Position numbers and translations under genes: made by a program
Shown here: piece after piece, positions 24,795-35,835 of the stretch
Position numbering within the stretch: position 1 is the stretch's first letter
How the letters are laid out: each line of letters opens with the position of its first letter
Notes under the pieces: model-generated
What the model saw: the letters and a program-made list of their open reading frames with translations, nothing else
Databases searched by the model: none
Told to the model about the DNA's origin: nothing
Assembly (NCBI GenBank): GCA_963722185.1
Contig: CAVRKD010000004.1
Location: forward strand, 130,918-194,917
DNA from: an uncultured Actinomycetes bacterium
Lineage (GTDB): Bacteria > Actinomycetota > Acidimicrobiia > Acidimicrobiales > JACCXE01
Direction of reading: 5' to 3'
DNA: 64,000 nucleotides

Positions 24795-25786
24795 TTAGTT
24801 GAACTCGACCGCCGCGTATTCGCTGAGTTTGGCGAGGCGGTGTTGGGCCGTTACCAAGCGGACAGTGCCGGACTTGGAGCGCATGACCAGGCTCTGCGTG
24901 GTGGCGCCGTTCATGTTGTAGTGAACGCCTCGCAGAAGCTCGCCGTCGGTGATCCCGGTGGCGGCGAAGAAGCAGTTGTTGCCGCGCACGAGGTCTTCGC
25001 TGGTGAGCACGGCGTCGAGGTCGTAACCCATGTCGAGGGCGAGAGTGCGCTCCGCGTCATCGCGGGGCCACAAGCGGCCGAGCTGCTCGCCGCCCATGCA
25101 CTTGAGCGCGGCCGCGGCGATGACGCCTTCAGGCGTACCGCCGATCCCGAAGAGGATGTCGGCGCCCGAGTCGGGCCACGCCGTCGAGATGGCACCGGCG
25201 ACGTCGCCGTCTTGGATGAGGCGGATGCGGGCGCCGGCGGCGCGCACTTCGGCGATGAGATCGGTGTGGCGGTCGCGGTCGAGGATGACGGCGGTGACGT
25301 CGCGCACGTTCTCGCCCTTGGCCTTGGCCACGGCGGCGAGGTTGGCGGCCACGGGCGCTTCGAGGTCGATGACGCCCCTGGCCTCGGGCCCGACGGCGAT
25401 CTTCTCCATGTACACGCACGGTCCGGGGTTGAACATCGTGCCCCGCTCCGACACCGCGATTACCGACGAGCGCGTTGGCCCGGCCGAGCGAGGTAAGCGT
25501 CGTGCCGTCGATCGGGTCGACGGCGATATCGGTCTCGGGCGGTGAGCCGTCACCGATCTTTTCGCCGTTGTAGAGCATCGGCGCCTCGTCCTTCTCGCCT
25601 TCGCCGATCACGACGACACCGTCCATCGAAACGGTGTCGAGCACGATGCGCATGGCGTCAACGGCGGCGCCGTCGGCACCGTTCTTGTCGCCGCGACCCA
25701 TGAAACGCGACGCAGCGAGAGCGGCGGCCTCGGTCACGCGAACAAGATCCATGGCCAGGTTTCGGTCTGGCGCCTGCTGAGGGGAC

Positions 25787-25788
<2 letters not shown>
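24795..25788 (-). pseudogene. glpX: class II fructose-1,6-bisphosphatase, one +1 frame break (25467)
   Basis: N-terminal ...[22 protein letters not shown]...[17 protein letters not shown] joins [26 protein letters not shown]...GGTPEGV... in the +1 frame. Confidence 0.9.
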
Positions 25789-27438
<1,650 letters not shown>

Positions 27439-27442
<4 letters not shown>

Positions 27443-28581
27443 GCGACTGGTCCAAGCCCGATCAGGAAGCGGACGAGCCAGAACAGCCCGCCGCTCCCGA
27501 GGTTCCCGAGGCACCGGTTGTTCCGGAGGTACACGAGGCGCCTGAGCCGCCCGAGGTGCTACCGGTCGCCACCGTGTTCGAGGCGCCGTCCGCACCTGCG
27601 CCTCCTGAAGCACCCGAACCTCCGGCAACGCCGGCGACCCCGGTAACGCCGGCGACCCCGGTAACGCCGGAGACCCCGGCAACGCCCGAGCCCCCGGCAA
27701 CGCCCCAGCCCCCGGCAACGCCCCAGCCCCCGGCAACGCCCCAGCCCCCGGCGGCACCGGCGTGGCAGTCGCCACCCACGCCCTCCGGCTACGCGATCCC
27801 GCAGAGCTACACGCCGACGGCGCCGCCCGAACCGCCCGCGCCGCCCGCGCCACCTACGCCGCCGGAGCCGACGGTCATCGACGAACCGTCACCCGAACCG
27901 CCACCGCCGATCATCGACGAAGAGCCCGCGCCACTCGAGCCAACGGACTGGTTCGAGCCGCCGCCTGTCGAAACGGCGCCGATCGTCGACGAGCCCGTCG
28001 TGCAACGGACCGAGCCGGAGATCATCGACGTTCCGGAATCGGAGGACATCGAAGAAGTCATCGAAGAGGCGGACGAAGAAGACGACGAGATCGTCTTCGA
28101 CTTGGCATCGTTGTCTTCCGAAGAGCGACGTCATCTCTCGATGCGACTCACCGGTGCCGGCATCACCCATCTGTGGGAAGTCGCCACCGACCTCGTGGTT
28201 TCGGTCGCGGACGCGCCCGTCATCGAGAGCTACATCGACGAAGTGCGCAACCCCGACGGGTTCGGCGACGAAGAGATCATCGCGTTCGAGGCCGACGAGG
28301 ACGTCGACGACGAAGCCGTCTACGCGGCGATGAGCAATCTGTATGTCGCCGCCGACAAGCTCATGCAGAAGCCCGGCGACGAAGTCACCGCCGGTGGGTT
28401 CTACGCCGCGGCCGACGACGTCGAAGGTCTGCCGCCGCCTTTCGGGTTCGACCCGCGCGTGTGGCAACAGGTACTCGGGCTCGCCGACGCGATCGTGGCC
28501 GCGCTCGACGCCGAAGCCGATCCCACCGGCATCGGCACCGACGCCAAGACCCTCCGTCAGCTGCTCGTCAACTACGTCTAA
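27439..28581 (+). CDS. proline-rich / acidic hypothetical protein
   Basis: 380 aa. GTG overlaps the mutase stop (GTGA). N-terminal half is P/A/T/E repeats and the C-terminal half is highly acidic. No family recognised. Confidence 0.55.
27622..27747 (+). repeat. seven tandem copies of an 18-bp unit (last three identical: CCGGCAACGCCCCAGCCC)
   Basis: Read directly from the sequence. Encodes P-[AV]-T-P-[AEQ]-[TP] hexapeptide repeats inside the CDS. Confidence 0.9.
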
Positions 28582-28599
28582 ACGGTAAGTTCCGCCCCG

Positions 28600-29301
28600 A
28601 TGCTCGCCGCTGAACTCGAGGTGCGTCATTCGCGGATCGTGGCGCCGACGCGGCGCGTCGCCTTGGGCGAGCTGTTCCTGCCGACCGACCCGCCCGACGG
28701 CCCCTTGCTCCTGGCTGCCATCGTCGGAACGTTTGTGCCCCGACTCGACCCGGACTTGCGCGACGACTTGGACTTGCTGATCGACGACCTCGAGCGCCGC
28801 CGCCGGATCCCGCAGCCGCGCCTGCGTCATCGCTTCCAGACCGACACGCAGGGCCTGGCGCGCAGCCGCCACCGGCTTTACCGCGACGACGAATCCGGTG
28901 AAGCGTTGTTGTCGTACGAGGAAGCGCTGCACCCGCTGCCGCAGATCCTGGCGGCGGTGTACGCCACCGGCATGCTGGTGACCGCCGCCCGCTCGCACGC
29001 CTTCTCCCTGTTGTGGCGCGCCTCGCGGTGGGAGGGCGGCACCAACGAGCATCTGCTCTCGCACCTCAGTGGCCCCGACCCGCTCGCCACCATTCGGCGC
29101 CGGCGTGGGGGCGCGGAGTGGGCGCTGGCGGCGCTTGGTTTTTCTCCCGACGAGCAGCCCGAACGCAGCGACGTCGTACGCCGGTTCCGCGACGCGGTGC
29201 GCGACGCCCACCCCGATCACGGCGCCGAGTCGACCGAGGCCAGCATGCGCATAACCGAACTGACCGACGCCCGGCGCATCCTGCTGGCAATGAGCGCTTG
29301 A
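28600..29301 (+). CDS. hypothetical protein with C-terminal J-domain-like region
   Basis: 233 aa. The C-terminus VVRRFRDAVRDAHPDHGAESTEASMRITELTDARRILL carries an HPD tripeptide in a J-domain helix II/III context. Confidence 0.55.
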   Translation: MLAAELEVRHSRIVAPTRRVALGELFLPTDPPDGPLLLAAIVGTFVPRLDPDLRDDLDLLIDDLERRRRIPQPRLRHRFQTDTQGLARSRHRLYRDDESGEALLSYEEALHPLPQILAAVYATGMLVTAARSHAFSLLWRASRWEGGTNEHLLSHLSGPDPLATIRRRRGGAEWALAALGFSPDEQPERSDVVRRFRDAVRDAHPDHGAESTEASMRITELTDARRILLAMSA

Positions 29302-29323
29302 GTGAATCGTTGAGATCGAGCGC

Positions 29324-29902
29324 GTGAAGAAGCCGAAGGCGCTTCTCCTCACACCTGGCGCGGGCGCCGATCGGAATCAGGCGTCGCTCGTCGCGCTCGA
29401 CGACGCGCTGACGGCGAAAGGCGTCGTCGTCGAGCGCATGGACTTCCCGTATCGCATCGCCGGGCGGCGCGCGCCCGACCGTCCGCCGGTGCTGCTCGAA
29501 TCCGTGCGTGAAGGCGCGGCGAAACTCGCCGCCCGCACCAAGGCTAAGCCCGCGTCGATCGCGTTAGGCGGACGCTCGATGGGCGGCCGCATCTGTTCGA
29601 TGGCAGTGGCCGACGGTTTGCCTGCCGCGGCGCTGGTGTTGATCAGTTATCCACTGCATCCACCGGGCAAACCGGACCAACTACGGATAGACCACTTTCC
29701 GTCACTCGACGTTCCCTGCCTGTTTGTCTCCGGTACACGCGACGCGTTCGGTACGCCGGACGAGCTCACGAAGGCCACCAAGGCCATCAAAGGTGCGGTT
29801 ACCCACGTCTGGATCGAAGGCGGCGACCACGGGCTGCGCCGAAAGGACGATTACGTCGTCGAGGCCGTAGGATCTTGGCTTTCCGCACGTTCCCCGCAGT
29901 AA
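29324..29902 (+). CDS. alpha/beta-fold hydrolase (small, COG3571-like)
   Basis: 192 aa. Nucleophile elbow GGRSMGG. The second half has noticeably AT-richer codons. Confidence 0.6.
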   Translation: MKKPKALLLTPGAGADRNQASLVALDDALTAKGVVVERMDFPYRIAGRRAPDRPPVLLESVREGAAKLAARTKAKPASIALGGRSMGGRICSMAVADGLPAAALVLISYPLHPPGKPDQLRIDHFPSLDVPCLFVSGTRDAFGTPDELTKATKAIKGAVTHVWIEGGDHGLRRKDDYVVEAVGSWLSARSPQ

Positions 29903-29935
29903 CCTGCAGCTGAGTACGTCTCTCTTAGGAGCAAT

Positions 29936-31690
29936 ATGTCGTTGTCATTTTCACGTCTCGCACGACGCCGGGCCATCGCGGTCCTCGGCGCCGCGGGGAT
30001 TGTCGCCGGAGTCGTCGGCGTCGCGCCGGCGCGCGCGGCCACACCGTTCGCCACCGCCGCGTTCTCCGGATCCGCAGTTGGATCCACGGTGCACACCGAC
30101 GCGCTGAACTCGGGTGACACGCGTATCGCCAACGCCGACATCGCGCTCGCGAGCTCGGCGGTCAACTCCAAGGGGATCACGGCCGCGGCAACTAACGAGA
30201 ACGGGCGGGTCATCAACCCCGCGCTTGGTGCCAGCAAGTTCTCTTACGGCCGCGGTCAGGGTCTCGAGGTCGGCATCGCCGCCGCCCCGCCCGACGACGG
30301 TCAGATCCTTCTCGCCGGTAAGGCCGAAGTGGCCGCGCCGCCAACGGGTCACGACAGCCAGCAGGTCGGTCCGGTCGACGCCGATCCCGTCGCGTGGGCG
30401 TCCGCCGCGCAAGGCACCGCCGACGCGCGCTGGAACACCGAAACCTGCATCCTCGGCGAAGACATTGCTCGCGGCATCGGCTTCGTTGCTGACGCGCAGC
30501 TCGTCGACGCCGGTGCGGACGAAGAGACGGGCCTCGACGGGCCCGTGCTCTCCACCGACGCCACCGACCCCTTCCGCGACGTGTCGCAGACCACCGCCGG
30601 TCAATACTTCGCTCCGAACTCGGCGGGCGCGTTCGGGCTCACGTCCTACGTCGCGCAGACGATCGCCCCGGTCTCGCTGCTGCGGGGCAACCTCGATCTC
30701 ACTGTCGAAGTGCTGGGCGAATGGGTCATGAAGGCGTTCGCTTCAGGTATCCCCGGCCAGTCGACGGTGACCTACCGCCCGACCAAGGACGAGAACGGCA
30801 ACCCTGTGACCGACTCGACGCCGATCCTGCGGTTCATCGTCGGCAGCGAGCCCACCGAGGTCACGACGGTCTTGACCTTCCAGCAGGTGTTCGGCGAGGA
30901 GGGCTTCAGCGACATCAGCATCCCGGGCGTTATCGAGCTCGTCGTCGGTGAAGACCCGCGGGCCATCGGTGGCGACGCCACCACCAACCCCGCCATCGCC
31001 GCCGACGGCACATCAGTCGCCGCCGCCGTCGACGTCGTCCGCCTGAAGCTCGCCGACGGCGCCCTTGGCGACGTCCGCGTCGGTCACATGGAGGCCAAGG
31101 CCACCGTGCCGGCCGGCGGTGTCACCTGCCCCATCCCGGTGACCAAGGTCGCCACGCCGCCGATCGTCAACTCGACCTCGGCTCCTGACGGCAAGTTCCT
31201 CACCACCATCACGATCAAGAACGCCTTCGCTTGCCCGCTCGAGAACGTCAGCATGATCGACGAGATGATCCGCAAGACGGGCGACGTCACGTTCGAGATC
31301 GACGAGGGCAACGCCAACAATGATCCGAAGAAGGGCGCGGGCGCAGTCTTTACGAAGAAGTCGTCGACCGCGGCGACCGCTTCTTACGCGAATCTCGGCA
31401 CAATTCCCGTCGGTGGCTCGAAGATCGTGAAGGTGTACACGCGCGTCATCAGTGGCGGCGGCACCATCGAAGACACCGCGACCGCCAAGGGCACGCTGCA
31501 CTGCGGTCCCAACTCGGCGATCGGTGAAGCCACGGTCAACCTGACCGGATCGTTCACGCTCATCACCACAGTGGCCAAGGTGCTCGCTCGCACGGGTGGG
31601 TCGGCAGGCTTGGCGCTTGCCGCGGCTGCTGTCGCCGGTCTCGCGCTGATGAGCCGTCGCATCGTCCGCACCCGCCGCGTCGAGTCGTAA
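29936..31690 (+). CDS. cell-wall-anchored surface protein with LAxTG sortase signal
   Basis: 584 aa. SD AGGAG. Signal peptide ...GVAPARAATP. The C-terminus is LARTG + hydrophobic stretch + RRIVRTRR. Extra beta-rich domain (TTITIKNAF...VKVYTRV) before the anchor. Confidence 0.8.
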   Translation: MSLSFSRLARRRAIAVLGAAGIVAGVVGVAPARAATPFATAAFSGSAVGSTVHTDALNSGDTRIANADIALASSAVNSKGITAAATNENGRVINPALGASKFSYGRGQGLEVGIAAAPPDDGQILLAGKAEVAAPPTGHDSQQVGPVDADPVAWASAAQGTADARWNTETCILGEDIARGIGFVADAQLVDAGADEETGLDGPVLSTDATDPFRDVSQTTAGQYFAPNSAGAFGLTSYVAQTIAPVSLLRGNLDLTVEVLGEWVMKAFASGIPGQSTVTYRPTKDENGNPVTDSTPILRFIVGSEPTEVTTVLTFQQVFGEEGFSDISIPGVIELVVGEDPRAIGGDATTNPAIAADGTSVAAAVDVVRLKLADGALGDVRVGHMEAKATVPAGGVTCPIPVTKVATPPIVNSTSAPDGKFLTTITIKNAFACPLENVSMIDEMIRKTGDVTFEIDEGNANNDPKKGAGAVFTKKSSTAATASYANLGTIPVGGSKIVKVYTRVISGGGTIEDTATAKGTLHCGPNSAIGEATVNLTGSFTLITTVAKVLARTGGSAGLALAAAAVAGLALMSRRIVRTRRVES

Positions 31691-31723
31691 CCGACGCGCC
31701 GAGAGGCGCTCCTAAGAACAAAC

Positions 31724-31753
31724 GGAACGAGGCGCCGTAAGGCGCCTCGTTCC
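31724..31753. terminator. GC-rich hairpin between convergent genes
   Basis: GGAACGAGGCGCC-GTAA-GGCGCCTCGTTCC (13-bp stem). A T-rich run (GTTTGTTCTT) follows on the minus strand. Confidence 0.7.
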
Positions 31754-31765
31754 GCGTCCTACGTC

Positions 31766-31812
31766 AATCTGTGATGAATCGATCGACTATGTCGATCGAT
31801 TCATCACAGATT
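31766..31812. repeat. 47-bp perfect AT-rich palindrome
   Basis: AATCTGTGATGAATCGATCGAC-TAT-GTCGATCGATTCATCACAGATT, with 22-bp arms and no mismatches. Starts 5 nt beyond the MFS gene stop. Confidence 0.95.
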
Positions 31813-31817
31813 CGGTA

Positions 31818-33344
31818 TTACGACAGCGGCTCGTCTTCGGGGTTGAGGTCCTCGAGCGTGTGGTGCGCGGTTTCGGGGTAGGCGACAAGGATCAAAATCA
31901 CCAGGATCAATGGACCTGCCGCGAGGTACGTGAAGGCACGGGTGAGCCCGATGCGGTCGCCGAGTTCGCCGGCGACGACCAGTCCGATGACGCTGCCAAT
32001 GCGTGATGCGAATCCGATACCGCCGTTGGCGGCGCCGCGCGCCTCGGTCGGGAATAGCTCGGCGCCATAGACGCCTAAGGCGGGGATCGCGGCCGCGCCG
32101 ACGATCGAACCGAGCGTCGAGGTGGCGTAGATCATCGCTCCGTAGGAGTAGTACTGGGCCACCGTCATGCCGACGCCGACGAAGGTGGCGGTCGCTCCTA
32201 CCAACCTGCGTCCATTCTCGGCGAGACGCCCGCCCACGAAGACGCCAAGCGCACCCGGAATCGACGTCAGCGTAAGGAAGGCGGCAATCTGAGCCGCGCT
32301 GAACCCGCGCTCGTTACGAAGGAACTCGTTCTGGAACTGGTTGGCCGGCGTTGCGAAAAGAGAGAGCAGTGTCGCCGACCCGCCGATCAGAAGGAACCGC
32401 GCGCGGTGATCGCGCATGACCTTCCACGTCTTGGTCGCGGTCACGCGGTTGGCGGCATGCACTTCGTAGCGGTGCGTCTCTTTGAGGTGGCGCCCATTAC
32501 GAATCGCCAGTGGGATGAACACGAGTGGGATGACGTACAGGGCCCGCCATGACCCCGCCGACAGGTCCGCCAGAGGCAGCGCGAGCACGCACGCGCCGGC
32601 GCCGACGAAGCCGGCCATGCTCGCGAGGCTGGTTGCCCACGCTCGGGCGCCCGCCGGCATCTCCTCGGCCAGCATGACTCCCGCGATGACGGCGCAGGCG
32701 CTGGTGACGCCGCGCGATAGCACTTGGGCGGCGGTCAGGCCGAGCAGGCTGGGCGCCAGCGCGCCGAGGGCGCTGAGCGCGCACGCCGCCGCGGTGCCGT
32801 TCACCACGAGCCATCGCCGACCTCGTCGATCGGCGAGGAAGGCGAGCGGCAGCGCGAGCGCGACATCGAGACGGACGCTTGCTAGCGCGATGCCCTGCGC
32901 GCCTTTGTCGTCGCCGAACTGCTCGGCGGCGTAGGTGATCGTCTGCGTCAGCAGTGTCCCGGTGTATCCGAGGATGAACGTGAGCGTCGAGATCCGCGCG
33001 AGCGCGCCGACGGCGCGGGCGTCGATTGCATCCGGAGGGAACCAGAACGGCCGCCGCGTGTTGGGGCCAATTCGGCTGAGGTGCCCGAACAGCATGTTCC
33101 CGAAGATGACGTCCCACACGCCGATGTTGGCGGCGAGCGCGAACTCGAGACGCTGACGAACCCGGAAGCGTTCACCGTCGGTCGACTCCACCGTGACTGT
33201 GCGCCGGTAATGACCCACCATCCCGTCCGAAGCGGAGAAGTTGTTCGCTCCGTCGCGCATTTCGGCAACCGTGACGCTCCGGGGCTGCAGTACGGCGTCG
33301 AGTTCGGCCTGTGTGAGCACGGCCGACCGTTCGCGCACCCGCAT
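31818..33344 (-). CDS. MFS transporter with ~100-aa non-MFS N-terminal region
   Basis: 508 aa. Multiple TM helices from about residue 110. N-terminal soluble segment unrecognised. Confidence 0.7.
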   Translation of the reverse strand: MRVRERSAVLTQAELDAVLQPRSVTVAEMRDGANNFSASDGMVGHYRRTVTVESTDGERFRVRQRLEFALAANIGVWDVIFGNMLFGHLSRIGPNTRRPFWFPPDAIDARAVGALARISTLTFILGYTGTLLTQTITYAAEQFGDDKGAQGIALASVRLDVALALPLAFLADRRGRRWLVVNGTAAACALSALGALAPSLLGLTAAQVLSRGVTSACAVIAGVMLAEEMPAGARAWATSLASMAGFVGAGACVLALPLADLSAGSWRALYVIPLVFIPLAIRNGRHLKETHRYEVHAANRVTATKTWKVMRDHRARFLLIGGSATLLSLFATPANQFQNEFLRNERGFSAAQIAAFLTLTSIPGALGVFVGGRLAENGRRLVGATATFVGVGMTVAQYYSYGAMIYATSTLGSIVGAAAIPALGVYGAELFPTEARGAANGGIGFASRIGSVIGLVVAGELGDRIGLTRAFTYLAAGPLILVILILVAYPETAHHTLEDLNPEDEPLS

Positions 33345-33366
33345 CGACCGGCACCATACTTACGGC

Positions 33367-34653
33367 GTGAGTCGCAGGATCGTTGTTCGCGCGGGCGCGC
33401 CTTTGCGAGGCGAGGTCGCCGTGTCGGGCGCCAAGAACTCCGTCCTCAAGTGCATGGCGGCGACGCTGCTGGCCCCCGGGCGGCACGTGATCTCCAACGT
33501 GGCGGCGATCGAAGACGTGACGGTGATGGGCGACGTGCTGAGTGCTATGGGTGTGGTGATCGACCGCAGTGGGCTGAAAGCCGAATCGTCACTCGTGCTC
33601 GACGTGCCGCAGGACTGCATCCCCGAGGCGCCTTACGAGCTGGCGGAACGGATCCGCGCGTCGATCGTCGTGCTCGGACCGCTGCTGGCGCGCTTCGGCC
33701 GCGCCAAGGTGCCGATGCCGGGCGGTGACGACTTCGGATCGCGGCCCATCGACATGCACATCAAGGGCTTGGAAGCCCTCGGTGCCACCATCGCCGTCCG
33801 CCACGGCGACCTCGAAGCGACGGCCGACCGATTGCGGGGCGGCCGCATCAATCTCGACTATCCGAGCGTCGGCGCCACCGAGAACCTACTGATGGCGGCC
33901 GTGCTGGCGAAGGGGACGACCGTCATCGACAACGCGGCCCGTGAGCCCGAGATCGGCGACCTCATCGATCTGCTCACGGCCATGGGAGCGCATGTCGACG
34001 GCAAGGACACGTCGACGCTCACCATCGAGGGCGTCGACGATCTCACGCCGACCGAGCACATCGTGATCCCGGACCGCGTCGAAGCAGCGACCTACGCCAC
34101 AGCAGTTGGACTCGCCGGTGGTGGCGTCACCATCAAGGGCGCCCGCCTCGACCACATGGACATGCTCGCCGAGAAGCTCGGCGAGATGGGCGTGCACGTG
34201 TCGGCGGTCGACGACGGCATCTGGGTGACCAGCGAGGGGCGCACGCGTTCGGCCGACGTGTCGACGCTGCCGTACCCCGGCATCGCCACGGACTACAAGC
34301 CGTTCCTGCTCACGCTGTTGACGGTGTCTGACGGCGTGGCCATCGTCACCGAGAACGTGTACGGCGCCAACCGCTACGCGTACGTGGCCGAGCTGTCGCG
34401 CATGGGTGCCGATATCCGCACCGAGGGCCACCACGCCGTCGTGCGCGGCGTGCCCCGCCTGTCGGGCGCCCCCATCCGGGCCCACGACATCCGCGCCGGT
34501 GCCGCGCTCGTGCTGGCGGGCCTGGCGGCGGAGGGCACGACGGTCGTGGGTGACGCTCACCACGTCGAACGGGGCTACGCCGATCTCGTCGCTTCGTTGG
34601 GTTCACTGGGTGCTGACGTATCCTGGGAAGAACCAGCGCACGCGGGGCGTTAA
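33367..34653 (+). CDS. murA: UDP-N-acetylglucosamine 1-carboxyvinyltransferase
   Basis: GTG 33367 (ORF open from 33241). VSGAKNSVLK N-terminus. Active-site loop PGGDDFGSRPID has Asp where E. coli has Cys115. Confidence 0.93.
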   Translation: MSRRIVVRAGAPLRGEVAVSGAKNSVLKCMAATLLAPGRHVISNVAAIEDVTVMGDVLSAMGVVIDRSGLKAESSLVLDVPQDCIPEAPYELAERIRASIVVLGPLLARFGRAKVPMPGGDDFGSRPIDMHIKGLEALGATIAVRHGDLEATADRLRGGRINLDYPSVGATENLLMAAVLAKGTTVIDNAAREPEIGDLIDLLTAMGAHVDGKDTSTLTIEGVDDLTPTEHIVIPDRVEAATYATAVGLAGGGVTIKGARLDHMDMLAEKLGEMGVHVSAVDDGIWVTSEGRTRSADVSTLPYPGIATDYKPFLLTLLTVSDGVAIVTENVYGANRYAYVAELSRMGADIRTEGHHAVVRGVPRLSGAPIRAHDIRAGAALVLAGLAAEGTTVVGDAHHVERGYADLVASLGSLGADVSWEEPAHAGR

Positions 34654-34685
34654 AGCCCTTGTACGTGCCTTCGTAGGAGTAGATC

Positions 34686-34943
34686 GTGGAAACAGCTGTC
34701 CAGGAAGCGCTTGACGCCATACGCCCGGCCCTGCAGGCCGACGGCGGTGACATTCGCATCCTCAGCCTCGACGAGTTGACGGGTGTCCTCGACATCGAAC
34801 TCATGGGTGCCTGTGGTAGCTGCCCGATGTCCACGATGACCCTCAAGCAGGGCGTCGAACGGATCCTCAAGGACCGCGTCGAAGGCCTCACCGAAGTGCG
34901 CGCCAAGGGCATCGACTTCGACGTCGATCCCAGCGGTTTCTAG
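34686..34943 (+). CDS. NifU-C-terminal-domain (Nfu-type) Fe-S cluster protein
   Basis: 85 aa. ADGGDI...GACGSCPMSTMTLK (CxxC) signature. Confidence 0.8.
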   Translation: METAVQEALDAIRPALQADGGDIRILSLDELTGVLDIELMGACGSCPMSTMTLKQGVERILKDRVEGLTEVRAKGIDFDVDPSGF

Positions 34944-34977
34944 ACCACCTTCTGACACCTCTTAGGCTGGCCGCGCT

Positions 34978-35826
34978 GTGGACGCGGTAACCCCGAACGA
35001 CCTGAATCGCATGAAGGCCATCGCGTCGCGCCTGTGGGGCCTCGGTCGGCGGTGGGCGCCCGGTGAGATCGTGTGGTCGCTGATGACCGAGGGCGATCAC
35101 AACCAGGTTGAGTTCATCGGTGACGGGTTCTGCTGGTTGCAACCCGACTACGCGGTGATCGTCGTCACGAACGAAGCTGACGCGCTCGCCGCCCTCGACC
35201 TCGTTGCCGACGGGCCGGTACAGATCCCGGACGGCGACGAAATACTCGCGTCCGCGGCGCTCGCAGGCGGCTACGCCGTGATCGCCGACGCGCCGTTCGA
35301 GCTCGACGTGCGGTTGCCCGTCGAAAGCGCCGCGCTACCGGCGCCGCCCGAGGGCTATCGCGTGCGCGCTACCCGGCCCGGCGACGACCTCGTGGCGGCA
35401 CATCGCGACGCGTGGCGTCCCGCCGACCTGCCCTTCGCCGACGGCCACCGACCGGCGTTCGCCGACGACGCCACCAGCTCCTTCGACGACGCCGCGCTCA
35501 CCCGCGTCCAAAGTGACTCGCTGTACGAGGCCGGGCTCCACGTCGTGGCCGAGAGCCCTGCGGGTGAACTCGTCGGCAGTTGCATCGGCTGGCACGACGA
35601 CGCCGGTGGCACGGTCGTCATCGAACCGCTCGGTGTGAGCCTCGTCCATCGCAAACAGGGCCTTGCCGGTGCCATGTGCCTGCAGGTGGCGCGCCTCGCG
35701 GGCCGCAGCGGCGCGCAGGAAGTCGTTATCCACCCGCGCGGCGACGCCGCCTATCCCGCAGCGCGCGGCGCGTACGCCCGCGCCGGCTTCGTCGAGGTGG
35801 GCCGCACCCACCTGTACGCCAACTAA
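34978..35826 (+). CDS. GNAT family N-acetyltransferase
   Basis: 282 aa. C-terminal motif A HRKQGLAGAM and an acetyl-CoA-binding fold pattern. Confidence 0.6.
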   Translation: MDAVTPNDLNRMKAIASRLWGLGRRWAPGEIVWSLMTEGDHNQVEFIGDGFCWLQPDYAVIVVTNEADALAALDLVADGPVQIPDGDEILASAALAGGYAVIADAPFELDVRLPVESAALPAPPEGYRVRATRPGDDLVAAHRDAWRPADLPFADGHRPAFADDATSSFDDAALTRVQSDSLYEAGLHVVAESPAGELVGSCIGWHDDAGGTVVIEPLGVSLVHRKQGLAGAMCLQVARLAGRSGAQEVVIHPRGDAAYPAARGAYARAGFVEVGRTHLYAN

Positions 35827-35835
35827 CTTTCGCGG

